From: Eledone cirrhosa | Taxonomy: Eukaryota | Direction: 5' to 3' | DNA length: 64,000 bases | Assembly (NCBI GenBank): GCA_964016885.1 | Contig: OZ024740.1 | Location: 243,040,001-243,104,000 of the forward strand | Part shown: positions 1 through 12,208 of the stretch, piece by piece | Numbering within the stretch: position 1 is the stretch's first letter | Layout: each line of letters begins with the position of its first letter | The notes under the pieces: model-generated | The model's database searches: none | What the model saw: the letters and a program-made list of their open reading frames with translations, nothing else | Told to the model about the DNA's origin: nothing | Made by a program: the position numbers and the translations under genes

Positions 1-577
1 GAATGTTTGATTCTTATAGAATTCTAGTAATAATCAGGAATTGATTATACAGAGCGGTTGCTGGTCAAGCAGAAATTGAAAATTAGAATTGGTGCTCTGA
101 AATAGCGATATATATATGAATGTATATATATGAATGTATATATATATGCTGAAAATTAAAGTAAGTGAGACTGTCACTACTCTAAAACAATAGCGTAAGG
201 TCTTCGAAATGCTTTTAATTAAGCATACAGTGTATTGCAAAATACACTATATATACATTCATATATATATCGCTATTTCAGAGCACCAATCTAATTTTCA
301 ATTTCTGCTTGACTGGCAACCGCTCTGTATAATCAGTTCCTGATTATTACTAGAATTCTATAAGAATCAAACATTCATGATTTTCAGCAAACAGACGGAG
401 TACTTAACTTTGATAAGCACCAAAAAGTGCGAAACAGAGCTCTGTCAGCTTTATCTCCCCTGTTTGCTGAAAATTAAAGTAAGTGAGACTGTCACTACTC
501 TAAAACAATAGCATAAGGTCTTCGAAATGCTTTTAATTAAGCATACAGTGTATTGCAAAATACACTATATATACATT

Positions 578-580
<3 letters not shown>
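1..580 (+). mobile_element. Penelope-like (pLTR) remnant: partial tandem plus inverted copy, with degenerate hammerhead
   Basis: 1-~130 is the reverse complement of ~248-376. 147-~259 is repeated directly at 465-~577. A hammerhead-like fold lies at 381-473 and (AT)n is adjacent. Partial-tandem plus inverted terminal repeats with a hammerhead are the known PLE architecture. Confidence 0.65.
381..473 (+). ncRNA. Degenerate type I hammerhead ribozyme motif
   Basis: TTGATAA (vs CTGATGA)-GCAC/GTGC stem II-GAAAC-AGAGCTCT-GTC. Outer stem TTTTCAGCAAACAG (381-394) pairs with CTGTTTGCTGAAAA (460-473). Two core substitutions. Confidence 0.6.
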
Positions 581-609
<29 letters not shown>

Positions 610-626
610 AATATATATATATATGT

Positions 627-1468
627 ATTTTATTCTGAGTTAAGCCTCTATTGGTTTTTTCCCTGGATTTCACAAAATCTGTGGATAAAATTTCTGTCTT
701 GACTTTTTTTGAATTGAGATTGAATTATTTTCCCATATCTTACGTTAAATATTTTCCATCTTGACGTTATAGTCACTTATATATTATGAATTACTGTTGG
801 CTTCTCGCTCACATTAATTTCTCTATTTTCATTTATATTTATACTCGGAATTTTTCCTAGAGTGCTTAAAATTATTTGTGACTAATCCCGGCCTTTTTAA
901 AAAAAAAAACGCGATAATATTGCTTTATGCTGAACTCCATACATTTTGTTGATTTTTTTTCGGAATGTTTTGACTGCTGTTTCTTGTAAACAGTCATTCG
1001 TCTCATTCTGACATCACTAGCCCTGTTCTCCATGTGTGTTTATTATCTTAATTCCACACGAGGTGTAACTAGCCTGCTTTTAAATTCCCTTTCTGGCATA
1101 TTTTAGCAGTGATTTTTGGTTATCATGTTTGAGCTCTACTGATGAACGACTCCAACCGTGACTAACCCCACTGAAAAGTTTCGTGAAATAGTCTTTTTAA
1201 GACTATATAGAGCATTTGTAGATTTTTCCAAATTGAAGGATAAGTATTAACCCTTAATTTTATTCTGAGTTAAGACTCTATTGGTTTTTCCCTGGATTTC
1301 ACAAAATCTGTGGATAAAATTTCTGTCTTGACTTTTTTTTTAATTGAGATTGAATTATTTTCCCATATCTTACGTTAAATATTTTCGATCTTGACGTTAT
1401 AGTCACTTATATATTATGAATTACTGTTGGCTTCTCGCTCACATTAATTTCTCTATTTTCATTTATAT
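627..1468 (+). mobile_element. Non-autonomous PLE/retrozyme-like element with 212-bp direct terminal repeats
   Basis: 627-838 is repeated at 1257-1468 (630-bp period, few mismatches). Flanked by (AT)n on both sides, no long ORF, contains a canonical hammerhead. Confidence 0.7.
1133..1213 (+). ncRNA. Type I hammerhead ribozyme, canonical core
   Basis: Stem I GCTCTA/TAGAGC; CTGATGA (1139-1145); stem II ACGA/TCGT; GAAA (1185-1188); stem III ATAGTCTT-TTT-AAGACTAT. NUH triplet is ATA, predicted cleavage after 1207. Confidence 0.85.
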
Positions 1469-1488
1469 AAATATATATATATATATAT

Positions 1489-2020
1489 CATCACTGTTTA
1501 GCGTCCATTTTTCCATGCTTGCATGGGTTAGCTGGACCATCCACATTGGGAGATGTGTCAGGCCAGAATTGACCACACGATACCTTCTTCCAGTGAGGAC
1601 TGTAAATTTGGCAGAGTATTTTACAGCTGGATGCCCTTCCTAACACCAACCACATTTACAGTGTGGATTTAGATGGCACCATTATGAGGAGGGACAGGCC
1701 AGTTGGTTCTGCCGAACCCATCTTACATTGGAACCATAGTTTTGAAACTTTGTACTGGATGGCACCGATACAAGGATGGACAAAGTCAGTCGGCCGTGCC
1801 GAACCCCTCGCTCAGTGGAAACATAGTTCAGCTGTCTGGTCCTGGGTGGCACTGCTAAATGAAGAGGGACAGGCCAGTTGGCCACACTGAACCCTCCTCA
1901 AAGCAGAGCCACACTCTTCACATAGTGGACCCTCAGTTCAGGTGCTGCATGGCACCTCCATGAGGAGGGACTGGCCAGTTGGCCATGCCTAGCCCATCTC
2001 ACTGTGTAGCCATAGTTTGA
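1489..2020 (-). mobile_element. RTE 3'UTR fragment followed by four degenerate ~86-100 bp tandem units
   Basis: RTE tail (catcac...tttagcgtccatttttccatgcttgcatgggtt) and GGATGCCCTTCCTAAC motif. Units start with GGCAC at ~1675, 1761, 1847 and 1951. Confidence 0.55.
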
Positions 2021-2023
2021 GGA

Positions 2024-2430
2024 ATGCCTTTAAATGTCTACATTGTGACTATCTGCTCGAAACCTGCCTCAGCCAAGCCCCCCTCTGCCTACCTGTCATA
2101 TGGAACCCAGAGCATACTCCTTGCTGCTGACATGGTCATACTTTCAGTCACTGGGGTTCAACAAGGTGACCCTTTGGGTCTCCTCCTCTTTGCTCTTGGG
2201 ATAGACCATATTGTTCAGGGCATCAGGACCCCTTTCAGTGTTTGGTTCTTGAATGATGCCATGTTGGGCGGACCCGTGGAGAAAGTGGCAGACAGTCTCA
2301 CTACAATCAGTGATTCCTGCTAGGGTAAGAATTAGCCTCGAGGTCAACTCGTCCAAGTCGGAGGTGGTGAATGTCAACTACGATGCAGAGGGCTTTGCAG
2401 CCTCCATCTCGGACATGCAATCCATTCTTC
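2024..2430 (+). pseudogene. CRE-clade-like non-LTR RT relic, interrupted by an RTE insertion
   Basis: GVQQGDPLGLLLFALGI...WFLND (degenerate YLDD)...LEVNSSKSEV, with an in-frame stop. The sequence appears to resume at ~5644 (MQSIL|PDI). Confidence 0.6.
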
Positions 2431-5400
2431 ATCATCATCATCATCACCGTTTTACGTCCGTTCTTCCATGCTAGCATGGGTTAGACGGGTTGTCCTGTTG
2501 TGGGCAATGACTGGTCGGCTGACTATGCCTTGCTCATACAGGAACTGATTTTGGCTTGGTTTCTACAGCTGGATGCCCTTCCTAACACCAACCTCATTTA
2601 CAGTGTGGGCTGGGTGCTTTTGTGCCGTGGCACCTCCACGACCACTTTTCAGTGGGAGGGTGTGCGGGCATATTGTCTATATGCTTCAGCTTGTACCCAT
2701 GGGAGGTCGGGTACTCTGTATTACTGCGTGACGCCAGAGGTCACGGTCCTGTGTCATCACCTTTGAGAGGTGTGATTGGGTAAGGTCGGCTTTTATCACC
2801 TCATTCCAGGTCTTCTTGTGTCTCCCCACTCCGCGGTTTCGATTGGCATCTAGTGCTCTGCACCTTTTTATGCAGCTGTCATCCTTCATACACATCACAT
2901 GTCCATACCAACGCAACTGCCTCTCCTGCACACAGCATTTGATTCTTCTTATGCTCAGTCTCTCTCTCAATTCATTTATGCTTTGCCGTTCGTGTATATT
3001 ACTATTACACATCCATCGGAGCATGAAGGCTTCGTTTCTTTCTAATCTATGCACGTCTTCCACCTTCAGCGCCCAGGTCTCACTACCATGCAACATCGCT
3101 GTTCGGATACACGCATCATACAGTCTGCCTTTCATTTTGAGGGAGAAGCCTTTTGCAGCTAGCAGTGGCAGTATTTCCCTGAACTTCTTCCATCCCGTTC
3201 TTACCCTAGTTATTGTACTTTCTGAACAACCACCTCCGCTGCTAATTCGGTCACCTAGGTAGCAGAAGCTGTCTACTGTTTCTACAGAGCCCTCCCAGAG
3301 ATTGGTGGTACTTATTTCCTGTGGCTGTTTGCTGCTTGCTGTCCCAGCACAGCTGCTACATGTGAAGCCCACATTCTTAATTAAGCTTCCTGAGATCCTG
3401 CTACATCTCTTGTGTACCCATTGTTTGCATTTGGGGCAGAGAATGGAGTTCCTACCTACACCTATCCTACATACTGAGCAAGGCCATTTCCCTGAGGGGA
3501 TCTGGGTTCTGTTTTCTAGTCTACTTACAAGGACCTTAGTCTTTGTCAGGTTGACTTTGAGACCCTTTCTTTCTAGTCACTGCTTCCAAGTTTGAAATTT
3601 CTTCTCTAGTTCTACCATAGATTCAGCTATAAGTGCGAGGTCATCTGCATACAGGAGTTCCCATGGGCATCCGGTCTTAAACTCCTCCGTTATTGCCTGC
3701 AGGACTATGATGAACAAGAGAGGGCTAAGAACAGAGCCCTGGTGGATACCAACCTGTATGCTAAATTCCTCGCTATACTCATTGCTAATCCTAACTTTGC
3801 TGACTGCTCTCCTATACATGGCTTGTACAGCTTTCACAAGCCATTCATCTACTCCTAGTTTTCTAATAGCCCACCAGATTATAGCATGTGGAACTCTGTC
3901 AAAGGCTTTCTCGAGATCGACGAATACCAGGTAGAGTGGCTTACTTTTAGCTAGGTACTTTTCCTGTAATTGCCTCACAAGGAAGAGGGCATCAGTGGTG
4001 CCTCTTCCTGGTACAAACCCAAAGTGCATCTTATCTAGTTTCACCCGGTCCCTAATCAACTGTGCTATAACTCTTTCTGTTACTTTCATGACCTGGTCCA
4101 TCAGCTTTATACCTCTATAGTTTCCTCTATCTAGCGCATCACCTTTACCTTTGTAGCAGTTGACAATGATGCTACTGCACCAATCTTTTGGTGACACCTT
4201 CTAGTATTACCTGGTTAACAATACGTGTGGTTATAGTGTGACCTACAGACCCAGATACCTTCAGCATCTCGGCAGCTATACTCGATGGACCGGTTGCCTT
4301 CCCCATCTGCATATCTTTGATTGCCTTACTTACTATGCTGCTGCTGACTTGTACTGCTGGCCCCTCTATAGGGTTTACTTGGGGTAGGGTCTCTTCTTCC
4401 TATGCATTCTCCTCATTTAATAATCTATCATAATGGCTCTTCCATGCATCTTTCTTCTCAGCACTTGTGAGGGCAAGCTCACCTTTATCATTCCGGATAC
4501 ACTTCTCTCCAATGACATCACAATTCTCTCTGACACACTGCCTCGCAATCTTGAACACCTCCTGTTTCTGGTCCTCACGTTGCAAAACATGCTTGAATCT
4601 TCTATCCTCTGCTTCCCTCCTAGCTAAGTATACTTGTCGCCTAGCTTCCCTCTTGGTCTCTATGTAATGTACCCTGCTTCCCCCGTTCTTCCATTCTTTC
4701 CATGCCTGTCTCTTGGCCTTAACTGCCTCATCTACCTTATTGTTCCACCACTAAGTCACTCTCCTCCTGCTTGTAGTCTTACTCCAGCCATAGATCTCAT
4801 CCGTCACTTCTAGTAAGTTATTTTTTAGGAACTCCTAGTGCTCTTTTACCTTGAATGTCTGTATCTGTTCTTCTTTACTGCCGTAGGCGTTGAGTAAAAT
4901 ATCTTTAAATCTGTTACTGGCTGAGGGGTCTTTCAGCTTCCAGATCTTTCTTCTCCAGGTTGGCCTCTGTTTCCAGGTCTGTCTAGTTCTGACTGTGAGG
5001 TCGCTGACAACTAAGCTATGTTGGGAGGTACATTCCTCACTAGGGAAGGCTTTTGTGTTCACGACCATCCATCTGTCACGTCCTCTGATGAGGATAAAAT
5101 CTATCTGACTAGAATGCTCCCCTGATCTATAGGTGATCAGGTGGTTACGGGTTTTTTGAAGTTTGTGTTACATATCGACATGTCATTGGCATCGCAGAAT
5201 TCTAGAAGTCTGAATCCTTCTTCATTTCTTGTGCCAACCCCATGGCCTCCATGGACTCTATTGAAGCCGTCATAGTGTTTACCTACATGTCCGTTAAAAT
5301 CTCCTGCAATGATTAGGAAGTCATTGTCGTTTGTTAGAGCAGTAGTGTGCATTAGGGACTCGTAAAACCTATCCTTAAGCACCGATTGGGGTGCGTAAGC

Positions 5401-5643
5401 CGATATTATTGTGGTAATTGTTTTATTCAGGACTAGTCTGAGTTTAATGATTCTTGCATCTACCCTGTACACTGAGATTACTTTATCTACCCACTTGTCA
5501 GCTAGTAGAATACCTACACCACCCATCCCATTGTCATTTCCCACCCAGAAAAATTTGTAGCACTGACTTTTTCCTACAAGGACTCTAGCAGACTCTCCCC
5601 TCCATCTAGTCTCTTGCACACAGCATACATCAATTTCATTTCG
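2431..5643 (-). mobile_element. Near full-length RTE-clade LINE (APE endonuclease + RT + PHD finger), disrupted
   Basis: ORF pieces: QETRW, SAYAPQ and GDFNGHVG (APE); DLEKAFDRVP, QGSVLSP and YADD (RT); C4HC3 finger; RWYGHV. (CAT)n tail at 2430-2447. Several stops and frameshifts. Confidence 0.95.
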
Positions 5644-6564
5644 TTCCAGATATTGTCTAGCCTCAAATAAATGATCAGAGGCATTTCAGTCATGACCATC
5701 CCACCTTCTCTTCCAGGCACAATGTACAACAGACTACATTATCCAATACGTCCTTTTTCTAAAAAGCAGCATAGTGTGATTTGAGAAATATTTGACTGCT
5801 AAAACGTTGAATGACCACCTAGAGGTCCCTCCATTATCTCATTTTGAAATCAATATTTAAAGATGAATATCCTGTCTTAATCTCGCCATGAGTGTATAGG
5901 TACACCATAGATGTATAGGTACACCATAGACCATAGAGACAACTAAAAATATTGGTTAGGAAGGCCATCTGGCATTAAAACACTGTCTCAAAAATTCCAG
6001 TTCAACCCATGCCAAGATGAAAATATGTATGTAGAAACAACAATGATGATGAGTTCCAACATTTCATCTTAAGGGAAGTGGAGGTTACTTAAAGTAAAGA
6101 AAATATTTCACCCCATGACCAGCAGTCCAAGTATCTTATACAATTCTAATATCTGCATAGTCACTATATCTTTATGTAGATATACATTGTATATGTAGAG
6201 AAGATAATATCTGTTACTGCTCAGATAAAGTAATATAGATTTTTTCTACTGAAAGCAGTTTGGTGTGGAAATATAATAGGATAACATAACTGTAATGAAA
6301 CATACAAATGTGTTGTATTATGATTTTGAATAGATGTACAACAAAATCAGTAAAACAGAAAAGCAATTCAAACTTCACATTAGAAGATAATGTAAGAGAG
6401 AGAATATGAATGGTTGAAATGTAACTCGCAATACTTGCTGAAAAATAAACAACAAAAAAAGATATGAATCAATTCATATAAAGATCAAGAAGGGAGAACA
6501 TAGAATAAAGAGAAACATCTAAACCTAACTTGTTACTAGTTTATATATGTAACTATCTGCATAC

Positions 6565-6748
6565 TTCACTTCTTTTCAGCTAGGACCTGTGGGAAGGGGC
6601 GCTTCTTATGTTCTGGACCATACCATAAGAGCATTGATTTTGGCCCAAAATTAGATAATTGATAATAAATGTGGAGGTATGTGTCATAACATTATCATTG
6701 AGGAATATGGCAGCAGAGAACATTGCTTTTAGCAGATACATTGATATT
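6565..6748 (-). CDS. Candidate exon of unidentified minus-strand host gene
   Basis: Acceptor tatgtataaacag. Phase 2 matches exon 8228-8271, giving ISMYLLKAMFSAAIFLND... with a stop at 6580-6582. Possible donor aa|gtatgc. Confidence 0.35.
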
Positions 6749-6768
6749 CTGTTTATACATAATAATGG

Positions 6769-7098
6769 TTTCTGATTTAAGCACAAGGCAAACAATTTGA
6801 GGGATGGGAAAAAGTCAGTTAAATCTACCCCAGTGCATTACTGGTACTTTATTTTATTGACTCCATAAGGATGAAAGGCAAAACTAACTCAAACCATAAA
6901 GGGATATAACTATATACTACAAAGCATATTGTCCAACACATTACCAATACCACCAATTCACTATCCTCTGTTAATATATAATAATAATTGTTTCTACGTT
7001 AGGCACAAGGCCAGCAATTACCCAGTGTATTACTGGTACTTTATTTTATCGACCACGTAAGGATGAAAGGCAAAGTTAACCTCGGCGGGATTTGAACT
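6769..7098 (-). mobile_element. Two tandem copies of a tRNA-derived SINE
   Basis: Reverse complement of gttcaaatcccgccgaggttaactttgcctttcatcctt...gataaaataaagtaccag...gctggccttgtgcc, as in the 58260 copy. Confidence 0.85.
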
Positions 7099-7679
7099 AA
7101 TAAGTTCAAATTTCTGTGAATGTGTCCACATTGCTTTACTAGCTCATAGACACAGCTTCTTGGGGTCCACTCCAACAGAGGAACATATTTCAACTCAGGG
7201 TAACCATGGGAATGACTCTATGTAACTTTAATCCACCAGCCACTGGTACAAATCTGGACCAGCTTATAACAGCAAACTAGGAAGTATAACAATGAAAGTA
7301 GAAGAAGAGAGAGGAAACAAGCTGGACATAGATATAAAACAAGCAACAGTATATTTTGAAGGTGATTGAAATCAAGCACCTGAGTATATTGCTGCTCCAT
7401 TTTGATAAATATTCATAAACAGACTGTAGATGAAGGAACATGGTATTTGTCAGTCTGTTTATCTATAGTGCATAATGAAATAGGAATGTTATATAACAAC
7501 ATTATTACTTAAAATGCTGCCTGATTAAGTGAAGTTGGTTGTGGGATAACTGCATTGCATAAGCCCGAATGCCTCAGAAATATGTATTCATGAATTAATA
7601 TTTTCAGTTCCTAAAATATATCTTTGCAAGATTAAAATTAAATGCCAACAAATGATCAGCGAAAACTGATTGAACTTAT

Positions 7680-8170
7680 ATATACTGAACAAAAGAAGAA
7701 TTGAATGAAGTGTGCAAAAGAGATGATTGCTCTGGTTTAGTCATGTGAGGCATAAGGAAAGTGAGATTGTATAAATTATACCATGCACTTGAAGTGGATG
7801 AAATTTTTAGAAAAGAGAGACCTAGGATAACATGGGACAAAGTTGTGAAACTGAACCCCATGAAGGAAATGACACAAGAATAAACTGACTGGTGACATGC
7901 AATAATGGAAAATACCAGGACAAACACTATGACACTAAAAGTAAATGTGGTGAGAGATCAGAGGCTATAATGTTAGCAATAAAATGGAAACAGTATAGTA
8001 TTTGAAAGGACCCTTCAGTCTGGATAAACATGTGACAACCTCTCTATGATAAAATGCACAAAGTAAACCATGTAATATGGTTAGTCTTATGAAGGACCAG
8101 CCATAGAAACCATGCCAAATATGGTATAGAACTATGACAACCCATCCAACCCATGGAAAGTGGACACACA
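7680..8170 (+). mobile_element. Old RTE 3' fragments
   Basis: Degenerate WFSHV...RPRITWD and tail cccatccaacccatggaaagtggac. Confidence 0.55.
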
Positions 8171-8227
8171 CACACAAAAACACACAACCACACACACACA
8201 CAAGATAATGTAATTAAATATACTTAC

Positions 8228-8271
8228 TCATTTGTATTATATTCCTTTTTCATTTTCTTAAGTAATTTTTT
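8228..8271 (-). CDS. Candidate host exon (44 nt, KKLLKKMKKEYNTN)
   Basis: tttaatttcaatttttcag | exon | gtaagt. Single open frame, phase 0 to 2. Confidence 0.5.
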
Positions 8272-9128
8272 CTGAAAAATTGAAATTAAAACTCATTAAA
8301 AAAGGATGTTACAAATATTGAGAAAACCTTAATGGCCATTTCATATTCAACAAACTGATCTGTAGTGGTCAAAGAAAGAATTTCACATTCAGCTTTGTAT
8401 AATCTCCCATGCATTAGTACATAGAATGTTTCTCTGTGTAGCAATATTTTAAGAAGCCTTCTCATTCATAATAAATGAACCTTTGGCAGTTTCAATGATG
8501 CTTGTTGCAGTTGTTCAGTCAACAGAACAGCCTGCTCTTGAAAATAAGTGTTCCACAGGCACATACAGCTTTAATGTAGTTCTCAGAGTGATTCAGTATG
8601 ACGTAATGTGTAATAAAGTTGGCTCCTCTGAATTAGAGATGCAACTCATTTTCGCCAGGTAAGACAAAATGAGCTGCCTTACAATGATGAGCCTAACCCC
8701 ATCCATTCAATCAACAACAAAAACAACAGAGCTATGTTGATTTCAAAATATGATATTCAAAATTTAAAGAAACTTTTTGGTTGCTCAAAATTGTCTCAAG
8801 CTGATTAGAGTTGGTATCATTTTCCGGATTCTTTAGCTGGTCTATTTCATTCTGATGATTTAAGGCAGGAACATTTATACCTTCAAGTATTCATCAAATG
8901 GGTGCAGGCATGGCTGTGTGATTAAGAAGTTCACTTCACAACCACATGGTTACAAGTTCGATCCCATTACATAACACCTTCACCAAGTGTCTTTTATTAT
9001 AACCTTATATAATGTAATTACACCATGCAGTTTTAGCTTGGTGTGAGTTTTGTTGAACATCTCCCTGGATATAGACAAGTATACTGTTTTATATACTATT
9101 TTTACAAGAAATTATATAATGCAAAGAT

Positions 9129-9253
9129 GATTTCCTCTGATGATCTTTTTAGCTTAACCAAAGCAAAATCAATAGTATGTGATCGATAATCAATTACATA
9201 GATCGATTTTAGGTTGCAGTTTGCTAAACATGAAATAGGACTATAGGGAATTC
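9129..9253 (+). ncRNA. Type I hammerhead-like motif with long stem II insert
   Basis: TTCCT-CTGATGA (9137-9143)...TTTAGC/GCTAAA...GAAA-TAG-GA-CTA-TA|GGGAA. Base of stem II imperfect. Lies just upstream of (CT)n(AT)n. Confidence 0.6.
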
Positions 9254-9377
9254 TATTGATTCCATCTAGAGTACATATTTTTCTTTGTATATATACAATA
9301 TATTGTGTTTTCTCTTGGATATATGGTCCATTCTCTCTCTCTCTATATATATATATCTTTTACTTTTGAATTTTATA

Positions 9378-10005
9378 TCATCATCATCATCATCATCGTT
9401 TAATGTCCATCTTGCACGTTAGCATGGGTTAGACGGGAATTGTCCCACTTGAGGCAAGATTGATCGGGTGACCGTGTCTAGCTCATATAGGACTGTATCT
9501 GGCAGGTTTTCTATGGATGGATGCCCTTCCTAATACCAACCACATTACAGTGTGGACTGGGTGCTTTTTGTCGTGACACCTACATGACCTCATTAGTTTG
9601 GACTGGATGTTCTGCAGTACCAACATAACTTTATAGAGAAAGGGTGATGTTGGCGGGAGTGGGAGGATGGAGTTGGGGTAGTGGGTTGGGGTGTATATTT
9701 GGTTAAGAGGTGCCTACTGACTGTAGGTTTAACTTTGTATGTAAGGGAAGGCGAGTCTTCTGTATTACTGTGTAGCACCAAAGGTCTCAATGCAGTGACA
9801 TTGTCTTAGAGAGGTGTAAGTGTGCAAGGTCAGATTTTATCATGTCGTCCCCAGTTTTTCTGGGTCTACTTACCCCGTAACTTCAATCAATTTTGATTGC
9901 CCTGCACTTTTTTATACAGCTGTCGTCTTTTATGCATCTTTCATATATATATATATATATATATCCAACATGGTCTCAGCCAGATGGCTGGAACAGGTAA
10001 AAGAG

Positions 10006-10036
<31 letters not shown>

Positions 10037-10420
10037 AGTTCTGTGTGAGCAAGACATGGTCGCCTGACCAAGCATTGCCCAGAACAGGACAACTCGTCTA
10101 ACCCATGCTAGTGTGGAAAAATAGATGTAAAATGGTGGTGGTGATGATATATGTATATATACACACAAATATATATATATATCATCATTATTATCATGAT
10201 ATATATATATATTATGTCGCTACCACAAAACATCCAGCCCACACTGTAAAATGGTCATGTAGGTGTCATGACAAAAAGCACCCAGCTCATATTGTAAAGT
10301 GGTTGTGTAGGAGACATGGCAAAAAGCACCCAGCACACACTGTAAATGTGGTTGGCATTAGGAAGGACATCCAGCCATAAAAAACGGCCAGAAACAGTCC
10401 TGTATGAGTGAGGCATGGTG
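9378..10420. mobile_element. Cluster of RTE 3' fragments in both orientations separated by (AT)n
   Basis: 9378-9942 minus (tail, UTR, GRPRKTWD); 10040-10147 plus tail; 10225-10420 plus UTR repeats with GGTTGGCATTAGGAAGGACATCCAGC. Confidence 0.85.
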
Positions 10421-12107
10421 TGGGTTCATGTCCCATGTACTCATCCTTTTTTCCATTCAGAGTGTTTTTTTAAATCCCAACTAACAGACTAATTCTATTT
10501 AGTCATATATGGCATAAGCACATGTTACTACTTAATTTTCAAATTTGCTAGCCATTTATAAACAAAGCCTGCTTTGTGTCTCCCTAATTATATATATATA
10601 TATATAATGTGTGCATGTATATATATATAACTGTAATTTGCCAAAGCTAGAATGTAAACAAATCTAAAACATGCTAACCACAAGCTCAAGCAAATGTGAA
10701 CCATAATCCTACAATTAATACAAATCACCATATCTCTGCAGCACCAGACATAAATAAGATTCAAATATATTCTTCAAACCCATACACCAACCCTCCCAGA
10801 AACAAACAGCTTGCCCCACATACTGATATGGGGGTGATGGATGTCATCAAGTTGCCGCTGTCATATTACATAGTTTCTATATTTCTTTGTAATGACTACT
10901 ACTCCAATATGTAATTGGCATTGCTCTCACACATAATCAACATAAGCACTAGAAATAATCCTTGATCTATTTACCCAATCAATCTAGCCTGAAATACAAA
11001 TACACACAGAAGTAAACTGCACGTTCAACTACCAGTAAACAAACTGACCAATATATCATCATCATCATCACCGTTTAATTCCACTTTTCCACACTAGAAA
11101 CAACTGCAAGTTTTGCTTCTATTCTAAGCCAAACAAATCAAATGTTTTGTATCAAAATAAATGTGTACATAAATAAATGATATATGTTTATAGCTGTTAT
11201 TATATCAACAATTATTTAAATTCAATAATGAGCTCTAACCAACGATAGCATGGAAAAATGGACATCAAATGGTGATGATGATGCAGCATTGAAAATAGAT
11301 CCAAATAGTCTATAAGATTTCTATCCGTGCAATTTTCATCAAGATAAGCTATTTATAATGAAAAAAAAACCTTCTGTTTTTCCTTTTAAAGCAGCTCTAA
11401 CACATGAGATTGATGTTGGCTGTCAGCCCTTTAAATATAATCTACTTCCATGTTCCACTTGCTTTTCAACATTTCTACATCATTTCCTAAACTATTACCA
11501 ATTATGATACTACATGAGAAATAAGCTGGACATAGGTCTTCTCAATCAGCTAAAATTGAATATACTTGGTCAGTTATTCCAGTGCAAGATTTCAAAGTAA
11601 GGTTGCAATGACCTGCTAGAGATATATAGACAGAAGATTGATTTCTTTAGTTTGCCAAAATTTCATACATGAAGTCATTAGCTATTTACACCTACTTACA
11701 CCTTATGTTACTAAAATAAACATGAATACACGAATAAGACTTTTTGCTTGTTTTTGAATTTCTCATAACCAATTATTTTTTAAGGAAATGTTTCTCTTCT
11801 TTATTGACGAATGTTAAATTATAGCTGTGCAACAAAAAAATGCGTTTGTGTGTATGTGCATCAGTGTGAGTCTATGAGTGAGTAAAGATATAAAAGATTT
11901 GCTAGCTTTCTAAATATACTTTCTGGTAATGTCTATAAAAAATACAATCTTGATGTAGATATTAATTTTACAAAGTTAACTTCGAAAATGTGAAATGTTC
12001 CAAATCTTTCCTCAATGATATGATTTCAAATAAGACAAAACTTAATCAGACATACAAAGTTGTTGGAAGGAATGAAGTTTTTTTATGAAATGAAAGAATA
12101 TTTAAAC

Positions 12108-12208
12108 TGTGTGTGTATGTGTGTCTGTGTGTGTCTGTGTCTGTATGTGTGTGTGTCTGTGTCTGTATGTGTCTGTGTGTGTGTGTGTGTCTGTGTGTCA
12201 GTGTGTAT
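12108..12208. repeat. (GT)n/(GTCT) compound microsatellite
   Basis: Direct inspection. Confidence 0.95.

Noticed and set aside
2816-3934. Plus-strand ORFs overlapping RTE copies (and similar ones at 16323, 37774, 53177, 58635)
   Set aside because: Antisense shadows of the RT frame.
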